A stretch of 64,000 bases of DNA from Chloroflexota bacterium (GCA_045804645.1 JBJMMR010000041.1:9474-73473), one strand, 5' to 3'; shown: positions 47,682 to 57,720, numbered from the stretch's first letter. Made by a program: numbers and translations. Notes: generated by a model from the letters alone, not told the origin.

Positions 47682-48913
47682 TGAGCCGGTCCCTCGCGGC
47701 GCTGGGCATCGCCGTCGCTCTGGTCGCGACGGGCGCTCTCGCCGCCGAGCCCGTGTCGGCGGGCCTGCTCCCGGTCGCCGTGAACGACAGCTACACGGCC
47801 GTTCACGGCAAGCTTCGGACGGTCGCCGCGCCTGGCGTCCTTGGCAACGACCTCCAGCTCGGCTCCGGGTTCACCGCGAAGCTGGTGAACGGCGTCGACC
47901 ACGGAAGCCTTCACCTCAACGCGAACGGCAGCTTCACCTACACCCCGAACGCCAAGTACACCGGTGCGGACACGTTCACGTATAAGGTCGACGGTGGCGC
48001 TCTCGGCATCTCGAACGTCGCCACGGTCACGATCACCGTGACCAACGCCGCCCCCGTCGCTCATCCCGATGCGTACTCAGCGATCGCCGACGTCGACAAG
48101 TCCGTGAAGCCTCCGGGAGTGCTGTCCAACGACGACGACGCCGACGGGGACCATCTGACGATCGCTGTCGTCCAGAAGCCGGCGCATGGCAACCTCGACG
48201 CCCACAGCGACGGAAGCTTCAAATACAAGGCTGACAAGGGCTTCTCGGGCACCGACACCTGGACGTACAGGGTCTGGGACGGCGTCGCCTGGTCGAACGT
48301 CGTCACTGTCACGATGAACGTGTCGCTCTCTGCGTCGCCGTCACCGACGGCCTCGCCGACACCGCGGCCGACGCCTCGGCCCACCCCGACTCCGACGCCG
48401 CGACCGACACCAAGGCCGACACCCAAGCCGCTGATCAGCATCCCGCCGCTCCCATCGATCGTGCCGCTGCCGACGCCCGTCCGGACCGCCAGCCCGACCC
48501 CACGGCCGACGCCATCGCCGAGCGCTCGACCGGCCGCGACACCTCCGCCGACGCCGGTACCGACCGGGACAGCCGGGGCAGGCGTCCTCGTGGGCGGCCC
48601 CGTTGCGACGCCGAGCGACGGACCGACGGCCCGTCCGCCGACGGGTTCGGCCTCGTCCGGCGTGGCGGGGGAGCCGGCATTCACCGTCCCCGAGGTCGAT
48701 CGCCCCGATGGGCTCGTTCTGGACACCGCTGACGTGACGTTCGCAGGCTTCGAATGGGCGGTGCCGGCGCTCGTCCTGACCGTCCCGGGCATCCTCATCG
48801 TCATCGCCGTGCTGGCCCAGACGCTCATCGGGCTTGCGTGGCTGCCGGTCGCGCGCCGGTGGCTCGGCGGCGATGAGCACGGGCGTTCGCGCGCGAGGGT
48901 CGGCGCGCGCTGA
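47681..48913 (+). CDS. Surface protein with two Ig/cadherin-like (tandem-95/Big_9) repeats, PT linker and C-terminal anchor
   Basis: Two repeats of PVA..D.Y..APGVL.ND..GSF.Y..F.G.D; signal peptide; C-terminal TM. Confidence 0.85.
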   Translation: MSRSLAALGIAVALVATGALAAEPVSAGLLPVAVNDSYTAVHGKLRTVAAPGVLGNDLQLGSGFTAKLVNGVDHGSLHLNANGSFTYTPNAKYTGADTFTYKVDGGALGISNVATVTITVTNAAPVAHPDAYSAIADVDKSVKPPGVLSNDDDADGDHLTIAVVQKPAHGNLDAHSDGSFKYKADKGFSGTDTWTYRVWDGVAWSNVVTVTMNVSLSASPSPTASPTPRPTPRPTPTPTPRPTPRPTPKPLISIPPLPSIVPLPTPVRTASPTPRPTPSPSARPAATPPPTPVPTGTAGAGVLVGGPVATPSDGPTARPPTGSASSGVAGEPAFTVPEVDRPDGLVLDTADVTFAGFEWAVPALVLTVPGILIVIAVLAQTLIGLAWLPVARRWLGGDEHGRSRARVGAR

Positions 48914-48930
48914 CCTCCCTCAGTGACGGG

Positions 48931-50394
48931 TCAGGAGCTCGTCCTCTTTCTCGGCGATCGCTCGAGCTGGCCTGACCGGTCGGGCCACTCGAAGCCCGCC
49001 CACGGGTCGTAGTCGGGGTCCAGCTTCTCCTGCGCGGGCCGGTCGCTGTCCGGCACGTGCGTAAGGTTGACGCGGACCCGGTACCAGAGCGACGAGCGGC
49101 CGCGCATGCCGTCGATCAGGACATCCGCCGGCTGGAGCGCGTTCGCTGCCTCCGGATGGCGGTCCTTCCATCGCTCGAATCCCTCGAGCGCTTCTGCCTT
49201 CGTCGCCGCCCGCGAGATCTCGATGATCGGCACGTTCGTCTTCCGCCGACCGGTGGGTGTCGGGCGCGACCCTTCCCACTCCGTCGGGAGGCCGGCGTTC
49301 CGGTCGCCTGCCGCCACAGCGGCCGCTCGCTCGGCTGCGACGTCGGGCGACGGGCCGCCGGCCTCACCCCGACCCGCGTCATATTCGGAATCGGGTCGGC
49401 GTTTTCGCGAGGGCTGGACCCGCGGCGGCTCACCGGCCTGCTTGGCGTAGTTGGGCGGCCACGGGGCGTCGCGCAGACCCTCCGCTTCGTGCCGTCGGGA
49501 CAGCTCGAGCAACGCGTCGAGGGAGCCAACGGCCTCATCGATCCCGCCGCCGGGATCACCGACCTCGGCGAACCGCTTCGGGACCGTCGCGATCGTGAAG
49601 GCCGCCGGGTCCGAGGTCGGCACCTCCTCCCAGGACAACGGTGTCGAGACCCGTGCGTCGGGCAGCGGCCGCACGGAGTACGCGGACGCGACGGTCCGGT
49701 CCTTGGCGTTCTGGTTGTAGTCGAGGAACACGCCGACGCGCTCCTCCTTCCACCACTTCGAGGTCGCCTTCCCGGGCATGCGCGCCTCGACGTCCCGTGC
49801 CAGCGCCAGCGCCGCGCGTCGGACCTCGGGGTACGTCCACCGTCGCTCGATCCGGACGTTGATGTGGATCCCGCGCGAACCCGACGTCTTGGGCCAACCG
49901 ACCAAGCCGACCGCCTCGAGCGCCTCTTTGCACGCCATCGCCACGTCGCGGATCTGTGGCCACTCGATGCCCGGGATCGGATCGAGGTCGACCCGCAGCT
50001 CGTCGGGATGGTCGAGGTCGTCGGCACGGACGGGGTGCGGATTGAGATCGATGCAGCCGAGGTTGACGACCCACGCCAGCGCGGCAGCCTCATCGACCAC
50101 GATCTCGTCGGCGGTTCGGCCTGACGGGAAGGTCAGCTCGGCGGTGCGGATCCAATCCGGGGTGTTGTCGGGCGCGCGCTTCTGGAAGAAGGGCTCCTTG
50201 GTGATGCCATCGACGAACCGCTTCAGGGCCATCGGTCGTCCCCTGACGCCCGTCAGCGCTCCGTCGGCGACGGCGAGGTAGTACTGGACGAGATCGAGCT
50301 TCGTGTAGCCGGTGTCGGGGAAATAGACCTTCTGCGGGTTCGATATGGTCACCTCGCGGCCACCGATCTCGAGGATCTCCTTGGGCGTCGCCAT
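48931..50394 (-). CDS. LigD-type primase-polymerase domain protein (PrimPol-C-like)
   Basis: FFQKRAP, DELRVDLDP, KTSGSRGIH and DYNQNA..T.ASAYSVR. Confidence 0.9.
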   Translation of the reverse strand: MATPKEILEIGGREVTISNPQKVYFPDTGYTKLDLVQYYLAVADGALTGVRGRPMALKRFVDGITKEPFFQKRAPDNTPDWIRTAELTFPSGRTADEIVVDEAAALAWVVNLGCIDLNPHPVRADDLDHPDELRVDLDPIPGIEWPQIRDVAMACKEALEAVGLVGWPKTSGSRGIHINVRIERRWTYPEVRRAALALARDVEARMPGKATSKWWKEERVGVFLDYNQNAKDRTVASAYSVRPLPDARVSTPLSWEEVPTSDPAAFTIATVPKRFAEVGDPGGGIDEAVGSLDALLELSRRHEAEGLRDAPWPPNYAKQAGEPPRVQPSRKRRPDSEYDAGRGEAGGPSPDVAAERAAAVAAGDRNAGLPTEWEGSRPTPTGRRKTNVPIIEISRAATKAEALEGFERWKDRHPEAANALQPADVLIDGMRGRSSLWYRVRVNLTHVPDSDRPAQEKLDPDYDPWAGFEWPDRSGQLERSPRKRTSS

Positions 50395-50449
50395 GCCGCC
50401 ACGATACCGGCGTCCATCGACGCGCGCGCTAGATTCCGCTGACGGAGCG

Positions 50450-50476
50450 TGTCGATTCGGGCCGCGCCCGTTCGTC
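50450..50476 (+). promoter_or_regulatory. Putative ECF promoter of the yciI-sigma operon
   Basis: TGTCGAT...GTTCGTC upstream of yciI. Confidence 0.55.
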
Positions 50477-50532
50477 GGGCTGATGAAGGCGACGATCTGC
50501 GCCGGACCCCGCGCACGCAGGAGGTAGGCCCC

Positions 50533-50934
50533 ATGCAATACCTGATCCTTATCTACGACGAGGAGACGGCCAACCCGTCGCCCGACCCGACCGATCCGGC
50601 GGTGATGGGCGAGATCCTTGGTCAGTACAACGGCTACACGCAGATGCTGCGCGACAGCGGTGCCTTCATCGCCGGCGAGGCGCTGCAGCCCGTGACCACG
50701 GCCACGACGCTTCGGCAGCAGGACGGCCAGACGATCACGACGGACGGGCCGTTCGCCGAGACGAAGGAGGGCCTCGGCGGGTTCTACCTGGTCGAGGCAC
50801 CCGATCTCGACGCCGCCCTGAAGTTGGCCGAACAGTGTCCGGGCATCCGCTTCGGCTCGATCGAGGTCCGTCCGGTCGTCGATTTCGGCGCCGCCGATGG
50901 CTCCATGTCGGCCGGAGCCGTGGCCGCGAACTGA
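50533..50934 (+). CDS. YciI/DGPF family protein
   Basis: TDGPFAETKE.LGGFY and IEVRP. Confidence 0.92.
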   Translation: MQYLILIYDEETANPSPDPTDPAVMGEILGQYNGYTQMLRDSGAFIAGEALQPVTTATTLRQQDGQTITTDGPFAETKEGLGGFYLVEAPDLDAALKLAEQCPGIRFGSIEVRPVVDFGAADGSMSAGAVAAN

Positions 50935-52244
50935 GCGACCCGACTCCGACCCGAGACCTCGTCGACCGCCTGTTCCGCGAGGAGCAGGGACGCGCGGTCG
51001 CGACGCTGATCCGCGTCCTCGGCGACTTCGACCTCGCCGAGGAGGCGGTCCAGGACGCGTTCATCGCGGCGCTCGAGATCTGGCCCGACCGTGGCATACC
51101 GGCGAACCCGGGGGCGTGGATCACGACGACCGCGCGCAACCGCGCGATCGACCGTCTGCGCCGCCGGCGCCGGTTGCGGGAGAAGACCGACGAGCTCGCG
51201 CGCGACGTGGCGATCGAGGCGGGGCTCGCGGCGGTCGAACCTGGCGACAGCGGCTACGCGGGAACGGACATGACCATCCCCGACGACCGGCTGCGGCTGG
51301 TCTTCACGTGCTGCCACCCGGCCCTGCCGATGGACGCCCGCGTCGCGCTGACGCTGCGGACGCTCGGCGGGCTGACGACGCCCGAGATCGCCCGCGCGTT
51401 CCTCGTCCCGGAACCGACGCTCGCCCAGCGGCTGGTCCGGGCCAAGCGGAAGATCCGTGACGCCGGCATCCCGTACCGGGTGCCGCCTCGTGAACTGCTG
51501 CCGGAACGTCTGGGCGGTGTCCTCAGGGTGCTGTATCTCGTCTATAACGAGGGCTATTCAGCGACGTCGGGCGATTCGGTCGTCCGGCGCGAGCTCAGCG
51601 CGGAGGCGATCCGTCTGACCCAGGTCGTCGCATCGTTGCTGCCCGCTGAGCCCGAGGCGCTCGGGCTGCTCGCGCTCATGCTTCTGCACGATGCGCGCCG
51701 AGAGACGCGCGTCGATCCGGCTGGCGACATCGTGCTGCTCGAGGACCAGGACCGCTCGCGTTGGGACGCGGGCCGGATCGCCGATGGGCGCGACCTCATC
51801 GAGCGCGCGATGTCGATGCGCCGTCCCGGTCCGTATCAGGTCCAGGCCGCCATCGCGGCGTTGCACGACGAGGCGCCTTCGTGGGCTGCGACCGATTGGC
51901 GCCAGATCATCGCGCTGTATCGCACACTCATCGCGATCGAGCCGTCACCCGTCGCGGAGCTGAACCTGGCGGTCGCCGTCGCGATGGCCGAGGGACCCGC
52001 GGTAGGACTCGCGATGATCGACGGGCTCGCCGGCGGTGGCGTCCTCGTCGACTACCCCTACCTCCACGCCGCGCGGGCCGACCTGCTCAGGCGACTCGAG
52101 CGGTGGTCTGAGGCGGGCGTCGCCTACCGCCGGGCCGCCGACCTCACCTCCAACCACGCCGAGCTGGCATTCCTCGAGCGCCGCCTGGCCGCGGTCGAGA
52201 CTGCCGGGACCGGCGGAGGTCCCCGCCGAGCCCGGCTCGCCTGA
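50931..52244 (+). CDS. ECF sigma factor with C-terminal TPR-like extension (YciI-associated; probable CTG start)
   Basis: AEEAVQDAF, DDRLRLVFTCCHPAL and PYQVQAAIAALH. Confidence 0.9.
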   Translation: MSDPTPTRDLVDRLFREEQGRAVATLIRVLGDFDLAEEAVQDAFIAALEIWPDRGIPANPGAWITTTARNRAIDRLRRRRRLREKTDELARDVAIEAGLAAVEPGDSGYAGTDMTIPDDRLRLVFTCCHPALPMDARVALTLRTLGGLTTPEIARAFLVPEPTLAQRLVRAKRKIRDAGIPYRVPPRELLPERLGGVLRVLYLVYNEGYSATSGDSVVRRELSAEAIRLTQVVASLLPAEPEALGLLALMLLHDARRETRVDPAGDIVLLEDQDRSRWDAGRIADGRDLIERAMSMRRPGPYQVQAAIAALHDEAPSWAATDWRQIIALYRTLIAIEPSPVAELNLAVAVAMAEGPAVGLAMIDGLAGGGVLVDYPYLHAARADLLRRLERWSEAGVAYRRAADLTSNHAELAFLERRLAAVETAGTGGGPRRARLA

Positions 52245-52265
52245 CCCGCCGCAGGGCGGCGCGCG

Positions 52266-53477
52266 TTACACGGCCCGTACCGAGGCTCCCTCACCGTCCA
52301 TCGACATGCCAGGCTTGAGGAGGACCTTCACGCAGTCATCGAGCTTGTTCTTGAAGAGGTCGTAGCCCGTCGCCACCTCGCTGAGCGGCATCTCGTGGGT
52401 GATGACGAAGCTTGGATCGAGCTGCCCGTTCTGGATCTTCTCAAGCAGCGGCCGCATGTACCGCTGCACGTGACACTGCGCCGAGCGGATCGTCAGTGAG
52501 CGGTTCATGACGGCACCCATCGGGAACTTGTCCACGAACCCGCCATACACTCCGATGACCGACACGATCCCGCCGCTCCGGCAGGCCATGATCGCCTCGC
52601 GCAGCGCCATGGGCCGGTCCGTCTCCATGCGTACGGCCTGCTTTGCGCGGTCATACGGCCACTGGATGTCGTTCGAATGGGCCTCCATCCCGACGGCGTC
52701 GATGCACTTGTCCGGGCCCCGTCCGCCGGTCATCTCGTTGAGGGCCTCGAGCACCGGGACCTGCTCGTAGTCGATCGTGTCGGTCGCCCCGGCGCGCTCG
52801 CGCGCCATGTCGAGGCGATAGTCGAACCGGTCGATGGCGATGATCCGCTCCGCGCCCATCGCCTTCGCGCTATGGATCGCGAACTGGCCGACCGGGCCGC
52901 AGCCCCAGATCGCGACCACGTCACCCGGCTTCACTTCGGCGAACTCGGCACCCATCCACGCAGTCGGCAGGATGTCGCCGAGGAACAGCGCCTGCTCGTC
53001 AGGCACGCCGTCGACCTTGAGGGCGTTGACGTCGGCGAAGGGCGTCCGTACGTACTCCGCCTGGCCGCCCGGATACCCGCCCGTCAGGTGGGAGTAGCCG
53101 TAGACGCCGGCCGTCGGATGACCGAAGAACTTCTCGGCCATCCAGCCGTTCGGGTTCGTGTTCTCGCAGACCGAGTACAGCTCGTGCTGGCACGACCAGC
53201 ACTTCCCGCACGCGATCGCGAACGGGACGACGACCCTGTCCCCGGTCTTGATCTTCGTCACGTTGGGGCCCGTCTCGACGACCTCGCCCATGAACTCGTG
53301 GCCGATGACGTCACCGTCGACCATCGACGGGACATACCCATCGACGAGGTGCAGATCGGACCCGCAGATGGCTGCGGTCGTCACGCGGATGATGGCGTCG
53401 CCGTCGTTGAGGATCTCCGGATCGGGAACATCGCCGTAGCGGATCTTGTTCCGACCCGCGAAAGTCGTTGCCTTCAT
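52266..53477 (-). CDS. Zinc-dependent alcohol/formaldehyde dehydrogenase
   Basis: ICGSDLH, GHEFMG, CGKCWSC and GCGPVG. Confidence 0.92.
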   Translation of the reverse strand: MKATTFAGRNKIRYGDVPDPEILNDGDAIIRVTTAAICGSDLHLVDGYVPSMVDGDVIGHEFMGEVVETGPNVTKIKTGDRVVVPFAIACGKCWSCQHELYSVCENTNPNGWMAEKFFGHPTAGVYGYSHLTGGYPGGQAEYVRTPFADVNALKVDGVPDEQALFLGDILPTAWMGAEFAEVKPGDVVAIWGCGPVGQFAIHSAKAMGAERIIAIDRFDYRLDMARERAGATDTIDYEQVPVLEALNEMTGGRGPDKCIDAVGMEAHSNDIQWPYDRAKQAVRMETDRPMALREAIMACRSGGIVSVIGVYGGFVDKFPMGAVMNRSLTIRSAQCHVQRYMRPLLEKIQNGQLDPSFVITHEMPLSEVATGYDLFKNKLDDCVKVLLKPGMSMDGEGASVRAV

Positions 53478-53487
53478 CGTGATCTCC

Positions 53488-54429
53488 TCAGGCTGCCTTG
53501 CCGAGTGGTCGAGCCGGGCGCTGCCGCCGCGAGCGGCCTTCGGCCACCGAGTCGGAGACGATCACGTTGCCGGTCTCGATCACCTGCTTGAGGCGACGGA
53601 GATCGCCCTTGATCTGGTTCTTGGGTTCCTCGCCGAGTAGCCGCGCGACCGCCGCTCCGACGGCGCCACCAGGCGGCGCGTACTCGAGGCGAACGTGGAC
53701 CTCGGTGCCCCGGTCGCCCGGCGCACGCTCGAACGTCACCTCACCGCTGTTCCAGATCTCGGACCCCTCGGTGGAGGTCCACGCGATGCGCTCGCCGGGC
53801 ACGTCGTCGGTGATCTCGGCGTCCCACTCGACGTGCGTGCCGAGCGGCGCGCGAGCGACCCAGTGCGACCGGCTGCCGTCGTATTCCTCGACCCGCTCGA
53901 GGTGCTTCATGAAGCGCGGCAGGTTCTCGAGCCTCCGCCAGTAGTCGTAGACCGCTCGCCGGTCGGCGCCGATCGTCACGGCTCCGTGGACGGCGCCGTC
54001 GGCCAGGGCCATGGCACGCTCGCTGCTCCCAGTCGGCTGATCGAGATCCGCGCCGCTCCGCTCGGTCTGGCTCGCCATGAATGTCGCGATCGCGTCGGCA
54101 GCGGTGATCGTGGCCCAGGCCCCCCACGCGAGGGACATCCGGTCGCGGTGGACGTCGCGGGCGCGCCATGCCAGCGCGAGCATGGCGCCGTGCAGGACGT
54201 CACCGACAAGGCGAGTCGTCAGCCACGGACCGGCTCGACCATCCATGAAAAGCGCACTTCCGACGCCCATCTCCTGCGCTCCGACGAGCCGAGCGACGGC
54301 GATCCGCTGCGGTGTCGGTGGCGCACCGATGGTCTCCAAGAAGTGCTCGGGTGCCACGACATACCACGCACCGATGCCGGTGCTCATGCCGCCGAATATG
54401 GTGGCCAGCGTTCGGGCCTTTGCCATCAC
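53488..54429 (-). CDS. SRPBCC/cyclase-dehydrase family protein with N-terminal membrane domain
   Basis: WRRLENLPRFMKHL, WDAEI and DLRRLKQVIETG. Confidence 0.88.
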   Translation of the reverse strand: MMAKARTLATIFGGMSTGIGAWYVVAPEHFLETIGAPPTPQRIAVARLVGAQEMGVGSALFMDGRAGPWLTTRLVGDVLHGAMLALAWRARDVHRDRMSLAWGAWATITAADAIATFMASQTERSGADLDQPTGSSERAMALADGAVHGAVTIGADRRAVYDYWRRLENLPRFMKHLERVEEYDGSRSHWVARAPLGTHVEWDAEITDDVPGERIAWTSTEGSEIWNSGEVTFERAPGDRGTEVHVRLEYAPPGGAVGAAVARLLGEEPKNQIKGDLRRLKQVIETGNVIVSDSVAEGRSRRQRPARPLGKAA

Positions 54430-54606
54430 TCACCTCGCGAACTGCCAACTCCGGCACAGGGCGTGCGGTCCGTCGTGCCGGTCCTCCCAGGCACGGGTCG
54501 TCAGTGGACGTCGCGCTCCGTTGCCGCGGGGGGAACCGCGTCCGGACGACCCTTGCGGCGCCCTTTCATCGGTCGCCGCGGAGCACCGAGCCGCTACGCT
54601 TCGAGC

Positions 54607-55371
54607 GTGTCGATGCGTCCCGCCGTCGGCGTTCGTCGCGCGAGCCGCGCCGACGTCCTTGCCGCCCTCGATCGGCCGCGCGTCGCGCTCGCCCTCGTCG
54701 CGGCGACCGTCCTGTTGCCGATCCTGTTCGTCGTCGTCACGAACGCCCCGCTCGACCAACCGTTCGGCAAGGACGTCCAGCTCTACATCGACGCCGCTGC
54801 CCGATGGCTCGACGGTGGCCCGTTCTATGACCCCCGTCAGCTCGCCGGCCCATACGAGGTCGCCCACGGCGACGTCCTCTATCCGCCAGTCGGCCTCTGG
54901 CTGTTCGTCCCGACGGCCGTTCTGCCGCGAGCGCTCGCCTTCGTGTCGTGGTGGGGGATCCCGGCCGCGATCACGATCGTAGCGATCGCCCGGGTCGCCC
55001 CACGGCCCGCGGTTTGGCCGCTCATCGCCCTGTGCCTCGCATGGCCCACGACGCCCCTCAAGATCTGGACCGGCAATCCGGTGATCTGGTGCATCGCCGC
55101 GATGAGCGTCTCGATCGTGTGGCGCGGCGGCGCGCCGTTCGCCCTGCTGAAGCCCAGCCTGTTCCCGTTCGCCTTCTTCGGGATCCGGCAGCGGTCGTGG
55201 TGGCTCGGCCTGGCGATCTTCGTCGCGATGTGCGTCCCGTTCGGTCCGCTGTGGGCCGACTGGGCGACGAGCGTCATCAACTCGCGCGGTGCAGGGCTCC
55301 TGTACTCCGTCCTCGAGGCCCCGATGCTGGCGATACCGCTCGTCGCGTGGGCGGGACGTCGACGGGCCTGA
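54607..55371 (+). CDS. GT87-like polytopic glycosyltransferase
   Basis: D..LY..AA.RWL.G..FY, LYPP, GN and LLKP; multiple TM segments. Confidence 0.7.
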   Translation: MSMRPAVGVRRASRADVLAALDRPRVALALVAATVLLPILFVVVTNAPLDQPFGKDVQLYIDAAARWLDGGPFYDPRQLAGPYEVAHGDVLYPPVGLWLFVPTAVLPRALAFVSWWGIPAAITIVAIARVAPRPAVWPLIALCLAWPTTPLKIWTGNPVIWCIAAMSVSIVWRGGAPFALLKPSLFPFAFFGIRQRSWWLGLAIFVAMCVPFGPLWADWATSVINSRGAGLLYSVLEAPMLAIPLVAWAGRRRA

Positions 55372-55437
55372 TCGCACCGGAAACGCTGGATATGCCATCC
55401 TCGACGGCATGATCCCCGACTCGTCCGGGCGTCCGCG

Positions 55438-56526
55438 ATGACGGACGTCCTCATCCTGCTCGTCAGCCTCGTCGTCATCCTGTTCGCGGCGGAGCTCTTC
55501 ACCAATGGCATCGAATGGATGGGCCGCAAGCTCGGACTCGGCGAAGGTGCGGTCGGTTCCGTGCTTGCGGCGGTCGGCACCGCACTGCCCGAAACGCTCA
55601 TCCCCATCATCGCGATCATCTTCGCGACCGGCGAAGGCGCGCATGAGGTCGGTGTCGGCGCCATCCTCGGCGCCCCGTTCATGCTTTCGACACTGGCGAT
55701 GTTCGTGACCGGAGTCGGCGTACTCGCTTTCCGGGCCCGCCGAGCCACCGGCACGACCCTCGCAGTCGACACGGGTGTGCTGTCACACGACCTGCGGTAC
55801 TTCTTCGTCGGCTACACGCTAGCCATCGGCGCCGCGTTCCTGCCGTCGGACCTCCTGATCGGGCGGTGGATCATCGCGGTCATCCTGATCGGCTTGTACG
55901 CCTGGTATGTCAAGGGCCATCTCACCGGCGAGGCCAGTGACCATTCCGCGGACCTCGCGCCGCTGCGGATGCACCGCCTCGATCGGAACGCACATCGCCT
56001 CGACCCGAGCGATCCACGGCTGCGCGTGATCGTCGTCCAGGTCCTCGCATCCATCGGGCTGATCATCGTGGGTGCCGTGTTCTTCATCGACGGCGTGAAT
56101 TCCCTCGCGCACGCGCTTGGCGTCAGCGAGGTCCTGCTGGCCCTCGTCATCGCCCCGATCGCCACGGAGCTACCCGAGAAGTTCAACTCGATCATCTGGG
56201 TCCGCCAGAACAAGGACACGCTTGCCCTCGGCAACATCACCGGCGCGATGGTGTTCCAGTCGGCGATCCCGACCGTGGTCGGGCTCGTGTTTGCGGCCGA
56301 CACGTGGGTCGTCGGGGAGGGCTCCTACGTTGCGTTCGGCTCTGCCGCCCTCGCCCTCATCGCGACCGCCGTCATCTTCATCCCGGCGCGCCGCCGCGGT
56401 GGTCTCGATGGCAAGCACCTCATGATCGGCGGTGTCTTCTACCTAGGCTACCTGCTGTTCGTGATCGGCCTGATCACCGGGGTCTTCGGCGGCGGGACCG
56501 TCAGCGACGGGACCGCGACCGCGTAA
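55438..56526 (+). CDS. Sodium:calcium antiporter family protein
   Basis: Alpha repeats GTALPE and ATELPE, and GNITG. Confidence 0.92.
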   Translation: MTDVLILLVSLVVILFAAELFTNGIEWMGRKLGLGEGAVGSVLAAVGTALPETLIPIIAIIFATGEGAHEVGVGAILGAPFMLSTLAMFVTGVGVLAFRARRATGTTLAVDTGVLSHDLRYFFVGYTLAIGAAFLPSDLLIGRWIIAVILIGLYAWYVKGHLTGEASDHSADLAPLRMHRLDRNAHRLDPSDPRLRVIVVQVLASIGLIIVGAVFFIDGVNSLAHALGVSEVLLALVIAPIATELPEKFNSIIWVRQNKDTLALGNITGAMVFQSAIPTVVGLVFAADTWVVGEGSYVAFGSAALALIATAVIFIPARRRGGLDGKHLMIGGVFYLGYLLFVIGLITGVFGGGTVSDGTATA

Positions 56527-57661
56527 GGCGAGCAGCCTGAAGGACGGCGTCCACCGCGATGACCGCCGCGGTGCCCAAGGCGATGACCCGGTCGGCGACG
56601 GGCGCGCGCTGGTCCGGCTGCGGCGCGGCAGTCTGTGCGGCCGCAGGGGCGGCGGGCTCGTTCGTCTCTCCGACCAGGAGGTCACGCTCGACCTGCAGCC
56701 GCTGCCGATAGACCGTCTCCCACTCGTCGAACGGTACGGTCAGCCGCGCGAGGACGATGTCCATCGCGCGCAATCGCGCGACCCTCGACCGGACCGACTG
56801 TGCATCGCGATCGTCGGCGTTTCCAGCCGCGTCCCGGATCAGGTCCTCGACGTGCTGCGACTCCGCACTCGTGGTCATGTATGCCGGCGTGTCCGTGAGC
56901 CGACTCGCGATCGCCGCCCGCGCTCGCGCCGTCGCGGTCTTGGTCCCGGAGATCGCGACGTCGGACGGATAGACGAGGACTTCCAGTTCGCTGCCGGACA
57001 GCAGCATCAGTCGGTCCGGGACGAGGCCGCCAAGGGCTCGTCCGGCGACCTTGTCGAGGAGCCGCGGCGGGAGCGAGACGACGGCCGGCGCGGGCTTCGG
57101 CCTGACGTCGAGCCCGGCCCGATCGAGGACGCCCTCGAGCGCCGCGAGAACAGCGTCGTATCCGCCGGGCATCACGACGACCGGCACGTGCGCGTCCTCC
57201 CAGCGCTTCGACAGGCTACGCAGCTTGCGGGCCAGCGCAACGCCGCCGAGCACGACGATCGTCAGCGCAAGGACGAACGTGAATGGATAGCCGCGGAGCA
57301 CGCCGACGACGAGACCGCCGCGCTTCGGCCGCCGCTCGGCCTCGGTGAGGAAGATCGCCGCGGCGCCGATGGCGAGTGGGATGACGACCGCGAGCGCGAG
57401 CATCGCCAGGCGGACCCAGTTCTCATCGACGAAGTCCGGGACGGGCACGAACGCGAGCATGAACGTCCCGATATCGGGGATGAGGATCCCGAGGATCGTC
57501 ACCACCCACAGCAGCGAGCCGAGGGCGACGACGAGCAATACCGTCTGCTTCGAACCCGAGACCTTGCCGAACAGGAGCAGCGTCGCCCATCCCAGGACGG
57601 CGTTGAGGAACCGCCCCGCGAACCGGCCGACGACCGCGAAGAGCGAGCCGATCAGTGCCAC
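56501..57661 (-). CDS. Hypothetical membrane protein
   Basis: N-terminal TM segments and a soluble C-domain; CATCAT 6 nt before GTG. Confidence 0.7.
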   Translation of the reverse strand: MALIGSLFAVVGRFAGRFLNAVLGWATLLLFGKVSGSKQTVLLVVALGSLLWVVTILGILIPDIGTFMLAFVPVPDFVDENWVRLAMLALAVVIPLAIGAAAIFLTEAERRPKRGGLVVGVLRGYPFTFVLALTIVVLGGVALARKLRSLSKRWEDAHVPVVVMPGGYDAVLAALEGVLDRAGLDVRPKPAPAVVSLPPRLLDKVAGRALGGLVPDRLMLLSGSELEVLVYPSDVAISGTKTATARARAAIASRLTDTPAYMTTSAESQHVEDLIRDAAGNADDRDAQSVRSRVARLRAMDIVLARLTVPFDEWETVYRQRLQVERDLLVGETNEPAAPAAAQTAAPQPDQRAPVADRVIALGTAAVIAVDAVLQAARLTRSRSRR

Positions 57662-57720
57662 GTGCCGATGATGGACGCGTCTCCCGCTACGCCAGATGGG
57701 ATCAGCGGCAAGACGGGGTT

